Below are positions 31,451 to 40,090 of a DNA stretch of 64,000 bases, one piece after another. The number at the start of each line of letters is the position of its first letter. Positions within the stretch are counted from its first letter, which is position 1. Position numbers and translations under genes: made by a program. The notes beneath the pieces were generated by a model that was given only the letters and a program-made list of their open reading frames with translations, did not search any database and was not told where the DNA came from. This DNA is from an uncultured Flavobacteriales bacterium (GTDB lineage: Bacteria; Bacteroidota; Bacteroidia; Flavobacteriales_D; JABDKJ01), in NCBI GenBank assembly GCA_964609215.1, contig CAZSQZ010000009.1, positions 16,394 to 80,393 of the forward strand. The letters run 5' to 3'.

Positions 31451-32551
31451 CTACGGAGGTGAACCAAGAATGTCTTTAAGTTGGCCAATCATACTGCCTT
31501 TGCCATCAACAGTAATTTCACCGATCTTGTCAGCCACTTTTTCCACGAACTCCATTTCCTTCAATTTATAGAGCATTTGGTTGTTCTCCATTAATTTTGC
31601 TGTGTTCAACATACTTCTAGTAGAAGCTGTTTCTTCTCTTCTCATGATCATGCTGGCAGCGGCTTTTTTCTCTGCTACTAAAACTTGATTCATGATTTCT
31701 TTAATGTCGCCCGGAAGAATGATATCTTTAATACCGCAAGAAATCAATTCTACTCCAAGTGCTTTGCATTCTTTATGACTTCCGCTTTTTACAAATGAGC
31801 CTGCTTGGGTTTTTAGCTCTAAGAGTTCATCAAAGCTCAAACCACCTACATAAGCTCTTAAAGACATTTGCAAAATGGTATAGAGCTGCTTTCTGAAGTC
31901 TATGTTTTTAAGCAAAGCAAGAACTGGGTCAACGACTTTAAACGCAAATTCGAAGTTGATTCTTAAGTTGGCTTTATCTTTAGTCAAGATTTCTTGGCCG
32001 CTTAACTCCATTGATTGTTGTCTCAAATCAATAATATCAACTTGAACATTAGACAATTGCTTGTAAAAGTGATAAACACCTGGAGTCAGGGCTTCAAATA
32101 ATTTACCATCCTCTTGAACTAAACCCATTTCGAAATTTCTGATTTCAATCTTTTTCAAAATGTTGTTGTTCACCAGAGCATCTAATACTTTTTTAGAAAG
32201 GTTATCCTGAACTCTTACCTCTTTCATATTTAGTGTCTGAAATGTATAAAGAGAGTTTTCTTTCCAGTAAGCATAGATACCTTCGGTAAGAATTGATTGA
32301 AGAATGTTATTTCTATAAACCAATATAACTTGTTCGTCTGTGATTTCAAGTACGTCTAGTTGCTTGTATAGTTCTTCATTTTTCAATAACAAAGCCAGAT
32401 CAATTGGTGCATCAAAGCGCATCAAGGTATTGTAAATCTTTATTGTCTTATTGCTAAAGTTCCAGTGCTTACCGCTACTTAATACTTTGATCAAATCTTG
32501 ACCTTCAAATACGAGGCCTTTTTCGTACGTTTTAATTTTTACTCTAAACAT
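31451..32551 (-). CDS. SPFH/band-7 (slipin-like) domain protein
   Basis: SPFH core (ILTKDKANLRINFEFAFKVVDP...), followed by a coiled-coil-like AEKKAAASMIMRREETAS region typical of HflK/C-stomatin relatives. Confidence 0.6.
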   Translation of the reverse strand: MFRVKIKTYEKGLVFEGQDLIKVLSSGKHWNFSNKTIKIYNTLMRFDAPIDLALLLKNEELYKQLDVLEITDEQVILVYRNNILQSILTEGIYAYWKENSLYTFQTLNMKEVRVQDNLSKKVLDALVNNNILKKIEIRNFEMGLVQEDGKLFEALTPGVYHFYKQLSNVQVDIIDLRQQSMELSGQEILTKDKANLRINFEFAFKVVDPVLALLKNIDFRKQLYTILQMSLRAYVGGLSFDELLELKTQAGSFVKSGSHKECKALGVELISCGIKDIILPGDIKEIMNQVLVAEKKAAASMIMRREETASTRSMLNTAKLMENNQMLYKLKEMEFVEKVADKIGEITVDGKGSMIGQLKDILGSPP

Positions 32552-32858
32552 GACATATCTATTTTAATTATTCATTCAATTTTTATAAAAAAAACCAACC
32601 TTTCAGATCCATCTGAATTTAGCGGAGCAAACTCAAGCATGGTATAGTTTTATGATTTACATAATATGAGTTTTAGGCTGAGAAAAGAGTGTGAATTTTA
32701 CTGGCAGCGAAATCGCGTTGAGTAAAATTCTAGTTCAATTCTGTACCTAATGCCCAGGCTTTATTCAGATTTTTCATTCCATTGTCAAGGACAATTGATG
32801 AAAAGGACCTGAAGGTTGATTTTTTGAAAATGGGAGGTATTAACTGAGCTACCTAACC

Positions 32859-32935
32859 TCAATAGGGGTGGAATCGAACCACCGACCTTCTCGTTTATGC
32901 GAGATGCTCTAACCACTTGTGTTACTATATAAAAG
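32859..32935 (-). pseudogene. tRNA-like element (5'-disrupted), with a 6-nt anticodon-like loop
   Basis: Minus-strand reading gives a canonical D-loop/3' D-stem (AGTGGTTAGAGCA), variable AGGTC and T-arm GGTGG-TTCGATT-CCACC. The 5' D-stem and acceptor partner are absent. The anticodon-position hairpin TCTCG/CATAAA/CGAGA has a 6-nt loop. Confidence 0.4.
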
Positions 32936-32959
32936 TATAGCGCGTTTTCCAATTACGCC

Positions 32960-33050
32960 ACTGTGCCACAAGCACAGACAGGACTCGAACCTGTATAACA
33001 TGGGATTTATTTTCAGCAAATCCAAGTACTGAATTCATCATCAATATAAT
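32960..33050 (-). pseudogene. tRNA-like fragment (T-arm plus extended hairpins)
   Basis: Minus-strand ACAGG-TTCGAGT-CCTGT T-arm followed by a CTGTGC/GCACAG hairpin. An upstream GGATTT...AAATCC stem has a 9-nt loop. No acceptor pairing. Confidence 0.3.
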
Positions 33051-33194
33051 TAGGAGATACTTCTCAGCATCCAATTACAACATAGTGCATTTCACACACC
33101 AAAAAGATGAACCAGTCTTTTTAATTTTTTAAAGAACGTTTCTAAAAAGTCTTAATATATCCCCGAGACAAAATTGTCTCGAGGAATTTCTTGT

Positions 33195-33270
33195 GTCTCT
33201 TGTCGGATTCGAACCGACACTCTCATAATTAAACGAGCAGATTGGCTCTAAATTCGCTTCCCTACTTTAT
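33195..33270 (-). pseudogene. tRNA-like fragment (T-arm GTCGG-TTCGAAT-CCGAC), followed by a hairpin
   Basis: Canonical T-arm on the minus strand, with no matching acceptor stem. Immediately downstream (minus sense) is a CGAGACA/TGTCTCG hairpin at 33160-33183. Confidence 0.3.
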
Positions 33271-33427
33271 TAAATATATTTCGGTGCTTCTGCAAACTCT
33301 ATCCTTCCGCAGGCGAACTACGACCGGCATCATCCAATCACTACATGGTCTGAATCAACTTTTACCATAGCACTTCCTTTTATGCTAAAGAGACAATATT
33401 TAAAGAACTTCTATTAGCTTTTGCTAA

Positions 33428-33452
33428 AGCTCCTTGCCGTATTGCAAGGAGC
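33428..33452. other. strong 10-bp hairpin (AGCTCCTTGC / GCAAGGAGCT)
   Basis: Perfect inverted repeat with a 5-6 nt loop, followed on the + strand by a T-rich stretch. Confidence 0.4.
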
Positions 33453-33577
33453 TGTTTCATTTATGGTACAAATATTTCAACAGTAATACGCAATATATTT
33501 GCGTAATTAATATTGATTTTTGAATCTTAATTTAGAAAGTCTGTAATGAGACTTCTTAGCGGAAATACAATGAAAAG

Positions 33578-34270
33578 TTAACGGGCAAAATCCGTATACT
33601 TTATTTTGGTTATTACCCTTTCCCCTTTTCTATTGAATAATTCCGTTGTAGGCCTCATAATTAAGCCTTCAGCTATATAATCCGTATTCTCTGCAATGGT
33701 GGATTTGAAACCTTCTTTGACGAAAGCAATAGCTTCTTCAAGTTTCCAAATTCCCATGATGGGTACAATCCCAATATTTAATTTATTGGCGATGTCTTCA
33801 TTGGCTTCTCTATTCAACCAGAAATCTCCAATTTTTACATCGAACAAAATGAAGTCGGTCCGATCAGGAAGATAGTTTCCACCTCTTTGAATTTTTTTGC
33901 CATAACCTTCTCCATATAAGCAAACATTTGTTGCATCTGGAAAATGTTTTTGCATTTTTTCATTAGTGAATGTATCCTGAAGAACGGAAACTAAATGCGC
34001 AGGAATTTGTGCATTATCCGTTTTTCCTCCGAAACGAACTTTTATTCCATCCCACATGATTCTGATATTTGTTCCGTCAATTTTTTCGGTACAAATCCAG
34101 TTGATGTTCTTCAATAATTCGAATTCCGGTTTTGCCCAAGTTCCTTCTAGTAAGGTCTTGTGTTTATTTTTAGGATCTCTAAAAAACACCGTTTGAATTT
34201 TTTGGTATTGTTTCATTTCACTCATATTTAAATTATCCATTCGTAGGAATAGAAAGATTCGAACTCTCAT
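33578..34270 (-). CDS. minimal ATP-dependent RNA/DNA ligase-like nucleotidyltransferase (KxDG adenylyltransferase domain only)
   Basis: Motif I TEKIDGTN (KxDG), motif III-like FILFDV, motif IV AEGLIMRP (EGhhhK/R) and motif V ITKIKYTDF. The first ~15 codons of the listed ORF overlap the tRNA-Arg gene, so the true start is probably an internal Met (MSEMKQ/MKQYQ near 34216-34225). The mature protein is about 215 aa, with no OB domain. Confidence 0.55.
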   Translation of the reverse strand: MRVRIFLFLRMDNLNMSEMKQYQKIQTVFFRDPKNKHKTLLEGTWAKPEFELLKNINWICTEKIDGTNIRIMWDGIKVRFGGKTDNAQIPAHLVSVLQDTFTNEKMQKHFPDATNVCLYGEGYGKKIQRGGNYLPDRTDFILFDVKIGDFWLNREANEDIANKLNIGIVPIMGIWKLEEAIAFVKEGFKSTIAENTDYIAEGLIMRPTTELFNRKGERVITKIKYTDFAR

Positions 34271-34315
34271 CCTCTGGTTCGTAGCCAGATATTTTCTCCC
34301 TTAAACTATATTCCT
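34244..34315 (-). tRNA. tRNA-Arg (anticodon ACG)
   Basis: Folded by eye. Perfect 7-bp acceptor AGGAATA/TATTCCT. Anticodon stem TCTGG/CCAGA with loop CTACGAA. T-arm GAGAG-TTCGAAT-CTTTC with one G-U. D-loop contains GG. Discriminator A. No encoded CCA. Confidence 0.6.
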
Positions 34316-34320
34316 ATTTG

Positions 34321-34393
34321 TGGAACAGAAAGGACTCGAACCTTTATCTTCCCGTCTTCAGCGGGTCGCATTGACCATCTTTGCTACTATTCC
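34321..34393 (-). tRNA. tRNA-Phe (anticodon GAA)
   Basis: 7-bp acceptor GGAATAG/CTGTTCC with one G-U. 3-bp D stem with a GG loop. Anticodon loop CTGAAGA. Variable AGATA. T-arm AAAGG-TTCGAGT-CCTTT. Confidence 0.6.
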
Positions 34394-34395
34394 AT

Positions 34396-34468
34396 TGGGT
34401 GTCTTCGAGGCTCGAACTCTGTTCTCTTCAGTCACAATGAAGTGTTTTACCGCATAAACTAAAGACAC
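34396..34468 (-). tRNA. tRNA-His (anticodon GTG)
   Basis: Anticodon stem CTTCA/TGAAG with loop TTGTGAC. The acceptor can be drawn with G-1 and C73 followed by CCA. D stem GTTT/AAAC with a GG loop. The T-stem is weak (about 3 bp around TTCGAGC). It is separated from the Phe gene by 2 nt. Confidence 0.5.
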
Positions 34469-34474
34469 CATAAG

Positions 34475-34548
34475 TACCCCTCCTAGGATTCGAACCTAGA
34501 CTGTAAGGATTTTAAGTCCTATGCCTCTGCCAATTGGGCCAGAGGGGC
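34475..34548 (-). tRNA. atypical tRNA with Leu anticodon TAA (type-I architecture, short variable loop)
   Basis: Acceptor GCCCCTC/GAGGGGT (G1-U72). Perfect T-arm CTAGG-TTCGAAT-CCTAG. Anticodon loop CTTAAAA on a 4-bp stem. 5-nt variable loop ACAGT. 3-bp D stem with D-loop AATTGGCA. Discriminator A. Confidence 0.5.
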
Positions 34549-34686
34549 AATTAAACTTGTGCTCTGTAGGGGAGAACCCCTATTTTCTGATAGAACTTAG
34601 CGAAGCGATCTCAACGAATCCATTGGAGATCATTCCCCTTGAGTCAAAGTCAGATGTACCAGCGGTTCTACTAGCAGAGCATTAGT
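34549..34686 (-). ncRNA. unassigned structured element between tRNA genes
   Basis: The minus-strand transcript would have a 7-bp terminal helix (TGCTCTG ... CAGAGCA) and internal hairpins GATCTC[13 nt]GAGATC and TAGGGG-TTCT-CCCCTA. It does not fold as a canonical tRNA by eye. Confidence 0.25.
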
Positions 34687-34759
34687 GCGGAGAGAGAGAC
34701 TCGAACTCTCAAATACCTGATTCTAAGTCAGGCGCCTTTGCCAATTTGGCCATCTCCGC
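34686..34759 (-). tRNA. atypical tRNA with Leu anticodon TAG (type-I architecture), paralog of the TAA gene
   Basis: Perfect 7-bp acceptor GCGGAGA/TCTCCGC. Anticodon stem CCTGA/TCAGG with loop CTTAGAA. Variable TATTT. T-arm GAGAG-TTCGAGT-CTCTC. 3-bp D stem with D-loop AAATTGGCAAA. Discriminator A. Confidence 0.55.
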
Positions 34760-34765
34760 ATTTGT

Positions 34766-34834
34766 TGCTCTATCAGGGTTCGAACCTGAAATCCAAGAAT
34801 CAAAATCTTGTGTGTTGCCATTACACTATAGAGC
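34766..34834 (-). tRNA. tRNA-Gln (anticodon TTG)
   Basis: Perfect acceptor GCTCTAT/ATAGAGC. D stem GTGT/ACAC with loop AATGGCA. Anticodon stem CAAGA/TCTTG with loop TTTTGAT. T-arm CAGG-TTCGAAC-CCTG. Discriminator A. Confidence 0.6.
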
Positions 34835-34879
34835 TATTTTGTTTGGGAAGTAGGATTATCTCACGTTTGAATTAATCCT

Positions 34880-34960
34880 AAATGATGTTCGTGAATGCAA
34901 AGCATTTCGAACCTACGACCTCCCGCGTCCAAGGCAGGTAAACAACCACCGTTATCTTCC
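34880..34960 (-). pseudogene. tRNA-like remnant carrying a T-loop motif (GGTTCGAAA), unresolved fold
   Basis: TTCGAA T-loop-like motif without a complementary T-stem. A possible acceptor-like pairing exists, GGGAGGT with ACTTCCC about 100 nt apart. The region also contains the hairpin ATCTTCCAAGAT followed by TTTTTTT. Confidence 0.25.
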
Positions 34961-35028
34961 AAGATTTTTTTGCTTAACATTCTCATGACTTCAGGAGACA
35001 GCTGAATTCAGTTGAACATTAAGCAAAG

Positions 35029-35111
35029 TGAAAGCGGCAGGACTCGAACCTGCATGCTCAGAAGAGACCTGATTTACAGTCAGGCGAGCCAACCAATTGC
35101 TCAACACTTCC
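35029..35111 (-). tRNA. tRNA-Tyr (anticodon GTA), type II
   Basis: Acceptor GGAAGTG/CGCTTTC with two G-U pairs. Canonical D-arm GAGC-AATTGGTTG-GCTC. Anticodon stem CCTGA/TCAGG with loop CTGTAAA. 13-14 nt variable arm with internal stem. T-arm GCAGG-TTCGAGT-CCTGC. Discriminator A. Confidence 0.65.
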
Positions 35112-35120
35112 ATATTTTAG

Positions 35121-35192
35121 AGACAAGGATGAGAGTCGAACTCATAAAAACAGTTTTGCAGACTGCTGCCTTAGCCATTCGGCCACCTTGTC
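35121..35192 (-). tRNA. tRNA-Cys (anticodon GCA)
   Basis: Perfect acceptor GACAAGG/CCTTGTC. D-arm GCC-GAATGGCTAA-GGC. Anticodon stem GCAGT/ACTGT (one G-U) with loop CTGCAAA. 4-nt variable. T-arm ATGAG-TTCGACT-CTCAT. Discriminator U, which is the Cys identity base. Confidence 0.65.
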
Positions 35193-35199
35193 AATTCGC

Positions 35200-35300
35200 G
35201 GAGAACAAAGGAATTGCTGCGCAGATCGCTGCGCTCAGAGTTCGAACCTTCACCGCGGATATGCGGCCTCACTTAGCAGTGAGTCTAACGAACCAGTATT
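35200..35300 (-). pseudogene. degenerate type-II tRNA-like element with Ser-type anticodon GCT in a 6-nt loop
   Basis: Minus-strand hairpin CTCAC/TGCTAA/GTGAG, which has only a 6-nt loop. Variable-arm-like stem CCGC/GCGG. A TTCGAAC T-loop motif lacks a proper T-stem. No acceptor pairing was found. Confidence 0.25.
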
Positions 35301-35309
35301 TACCTATTC

Positions 35310-35360
35310 TCCATTTGCGGAAAGAGTGGGAGTCGAACCCACACGAGTCGTTATCTCCGA
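35310..35360 (-). pseudogene. tRNA-like fragment (T-arm GTGGG-TTCGACT-CCCAC)
   Basis: Canonical T-arm on the minus strand followed by TCTTTCC. Only a minihelix-scale pairing partner (GGAGATA) lies upstream. Confidence 0.25.
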
Positions 35361-35375
35361 ACGGTTTTAACTCCA

Positions 35376-35408
35376 TATAGCGAACTCAATTGGTGTCGTT
35401 GAGTTCGC
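35376..35408. other. perfect 11-bp inverted repeat (AGCGAACTCAA ... TTGAGTTCGCT)
   Basis: Seen directly: AGCGAACTCAATTGGTGTCGTTGAGTTCGCT. It lies between the tRNA-like remnants and the terminator hairpin at 35470. Confidence 0.5.
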
Positions 35409-35467
35409 TTTGCTCAGTTCAAGGTCGTGACCACCACCAATTGGCTTGTCTTTCCAAAATCTTTTTC

Positions 35468-35500
35468 AAAAAAAAAGCACCTCACGAGGAGGTGCTTTTT
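35468..35500. terminator. bidirectional rho-independent terminator hairpin
   Basis: AAAAAAAAGCACCTC-ACGAG-GAGGTGCTTTTT. Perfect 7-bp GC-rich stem flanked by an A-run and a T-run. Confidence 0.6.
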
Positions 35501-35924
35501 AAATGTCTTGATCTATTTATTTCAATCTATTTTAAATGCTTCTCCCTATAGAATTTTTTGAATTCCGGATAGAATAATCGCAGCGAACTACATCCTTGTT
35601 CTTGGACTAAGTGGGCTTGGATTATATGTTCTAATGCAATTTTCATTGTGCTTTGTTTTGTGCGCTGCAAATATTTAAACTCTTTTTCAATTATACAAGA
35701 AAAAATTAATTTAAGTTACTGATAATCAAATGTTTACGATAAATTTTTGGACATAGAAATCCCGACTCGTATTTCTCGAATTTTCTTTTTTTTCGCAATT
35801 GCCTGTCTCTCAATTGATTCATTTTTTCTATTCTATTTCAACCTTATTTTAATTTATTCATTAATTATTTTTTTCAGTGTTTTTCAATTTCATTTATTCA
35901 AGCTCTTGTTATAGAGTTTGGGAC

Positions 35925-35960
35925 ATAAAAAAAGCCCGAACATTTTTAGGTTTCGGGCTT
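35925..35960 (-). terminator. rho-independent terminator of the minus-strand nucleotidyltransferase/RtcB operon
   Basis: GCCCGAA...TTCGGGC hairpin. On the minus strand it is followed by TTTTTTTATGTCCC. Confidence 0.55.
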
Positions 35961-36136
35961 TAACAATTCAAAATATTTTATTTCTAATGCATAAAAAGCC
36001 AAAACCGATTAAGACTGAAACGCGGTTCAGATATAGATGATATTAATATATATTGTTGCTTATGCATTTGTATTCTTTCTTTGCGTCTCAAAAATATTCG
36101 TGTTTTTTTGAAACGTGCCCTATAGACGTTAGAAAT

Positions 36137-37207
36137 TTATTTTGGTTGTCTAACCCGAGCATAAAATTCAGTTCTTAAGTTTCTGAGAAGCAAGTCTATT
36201 TGGTTTTTATCAGGTGAATCTTTTAAATTGGAGAACTTAAATAATAAATCAAGTTCCTGCCTTAATTTTTCTGCTTCTTTTAGAAGATATTCATACTCGA
36301 ATTCCCCATTTTTAATTGAAAGTAAAAAATCTCGATCTTTTCTTTTTACATTAATTCTTCCTTCTAGTGCTATTTCTTTGGCCATCTTGAGAAGCCTGAA
36401 TGTATGCATAATGTTTTTCGAGTCATAGTTTTTTCCATGTTTCACAGTTGTATTGTATCTCTCTTCATTTCTATTTTCCACCCAAGCCCAATATTCTTTA
36501 TGTCTCTTACAATAGGTGGAATAGCCATCTAGATTGAAAAAGAGCATGGTAAGGGCCTTTTCTCCTTTGGGTATTGAACTTAATGCAATTTCATTGGCAT
36601 TAGAGCTATTTATAATTCCTTTGTGTTGAATTGATTTGCTGTGAAAAAGACTATAACAGTCTTTCATGTTGGCTAATTTAACAAGACCACAATCTTCTTG
36701 TCGAATATTATTGTCTTTTAAGTATCGGCTAAGAGGAACTGATTTATTATGATCTAAAACAAAGCAAAAATCAAGAACTCCTTTTTTGACTTTTGACATT
36801 GGATTAACAATTTTCTTCTCAAGTCCTCTAGCTTTTTTAATCTGAGTAAATACATAGTTAGAAAATGTTTCCTTGCAACGCTTGCTCAAGAATAGATCTG
36901 TTTTCACCTTACCAAAAATGGGGTCTTTGTGCAATATGCAACCCTCCGGAACAGACAGGAGCTCAATTATATTGGGGTTATTATTAAGGCATAATTTCAG
37001 GAACTTTCTGATTTCATAATAAACAATGTCATTGCTTGGATTATTAATTTGTTCTGTATAATCGAAAGAATACAATTGCTTTTCTGGAAGAATATATACC
37101 CCTCTAATATCCGTGTCCGAATTTGGAGTAGCTAAACCATAAGCTCTACTTCCACTGATGCACTCAAAAATGATGTGACCTGATTCTTTTAATTCCTCAA
37201 GAGTCAT
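36137..37207 (-). CDS. Pol-beta superfamily nucleotidyltransferase (predicted RNA/nucleotide-modifying NTase)
   Basis: N-terminal hG[GS]x9-13Dh[DE] motif ISGSRAYGLATPNSDTDIRGV. 356 aa. Stop overlaps the start of the upstream paralog, so the two are operonic. Confidence 0.55.
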   Translation of the reverse strand: MTLEELKESGHIIFECISGSRAYGLATPNSDTDIRGVYILPEKQLYSFDYTEQINNPSNDIVYYEIRKFLKLCLNNNPNIIELLSVPEGCILHKDPIFGKVKTDLFLSKRCKETFSNYVFTQIKKARGLEKKIVNPMSKVKKGVLDFCFVLDHNKSVPLSRYLKDNNIRQEDCGLVKLANMKDCYSLFHSKSIQHKGIINSSNANEIALSSIPKGEKALTMLFFNLDGYSTYCKRHKEYWAWVENRNEERYNTTVKHGKNYDSKNIMHTFRLLKMAKEIALEGRINVKRKDRDFLLSIKNGEFEYEYLLKEAEKLRQELDLLFKFSNLKDSPDKNQIDLLLRNLRTEFYARVRQPK

Positions 37208-37950
37208 GTCAGTTCATTTATAAAAAACTCATTGAATGCAGTTGGATTCAATCTTACTTTTTTCAATGAATCCTTTTTCGATTCGTTTTCAAGTACAATT
37301 GTTTTAGCCATATTTAGCAAGTCTGTATTTATAGCAACAATTCCAGCTTCAGCAGTCGAAGCCTTTAACTGAACTAAATCGAGTAAAAGTCTTGATTCAT
37401 GATCTGAAATCAATTCAAAAAGCTCGGTAAATGAAACTGGAGGGATGGTCTTATTTTTTAAAATCCAATTGGCACATAATGCAGTTCTTATGGCGTAGAA
37501 GAATTCTTTAATAGTAAATTTTCCTTCTTTCAATTTCTCATGAAATCCTTTGTTCATACTGTGAAAATGATAGAATCCAGAAACAGGATTGAAATTTTCT
37601 TTTGCAAGAGTTCGCATATTTTCGAGTGTTTCCCTGTGAGAAAAATAGACGATTGGAGAAAATAGCCAACCTAGAAACGAAGCATTGGACTTGGCCAAAA
37701 GTTTGGAGGCTTTTTGCAAATCCCATCCAACTCCATCCAAGTCTTCTTCCGTCATAAATTGAATTGTATCATCTTCTTCCCATAGACTTAAGTATTTACG
37801 AAAGTCCTTTTTGTAAACGAAACGAACGTCATAATCTGAATCGGGAGACTCAAAACCCCAGGCCCTACTTCCAGATTCAACAGCAAAAAGAATATCTACT
37901 TCCTTCGTTTTTTCTATTTCTTTGAGTTTATTTATTATTAAGTCTTTCAT
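37204..37950 (-). CDS. Pol-beta superfamily nucleotidyltransferase, paralog of the downstream gene
   Basis: ESGSRAWGFESPDSDYDVRFVY motif (GS...DxD). 248 aa. 4-nt overlap with the next gene. Confidence 0.55.
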   Translation of the reverse strand: MKDLIINKLKEIEKTKEVDILFAVESGSRAWGFESPDSDYDVRFVYKKDFRKYLSLWEEDDTIQFMTEEDLDGVGWDLQKASKLLAKSNASFLGWLFSPIVYFSHRETLENMRTLAKENFNPVSGFYHFHSMNKGFHEKLKEGKFTIKEFFYAIRTALCANWILKNKTIPPVSFTELFELISDHESRLLLDLVQLKASTAEAGIVAINTDLLNMAKTIVLENESKKDSLKKVRLNPTAFNEFFINELT

Positions 37951-37961
37951 TTTTTTTCAAT

Positions 37962-40047
<2,086 letters not shown>

Positions 40048-40090
40048 TCAAAGGTGTAATCTATGTGCGCAATAATTTTGCGTAGATAAT

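Noticed and set aside
35012-35380. ORFs 35012..35380 (122 aa) and 35188..35370 (60 aa) on the + strand
   Set aside because: They run antisense through the tRNA-Tyr, tRNA-Cys and tRNA-like elements. The open frame is a by-product of structured GC-balanced RNA genes, and there is no RBS or domain.
32800-35450. Possibility that the T-loop-containing elements are CRISPR repeats or a CRISPR-like array
   Set aside because: The spacing is irregular (70-195 nt), the units are not identical, and each unit folds as a tRNA cloverleaf or fragment. No cas genes are present.
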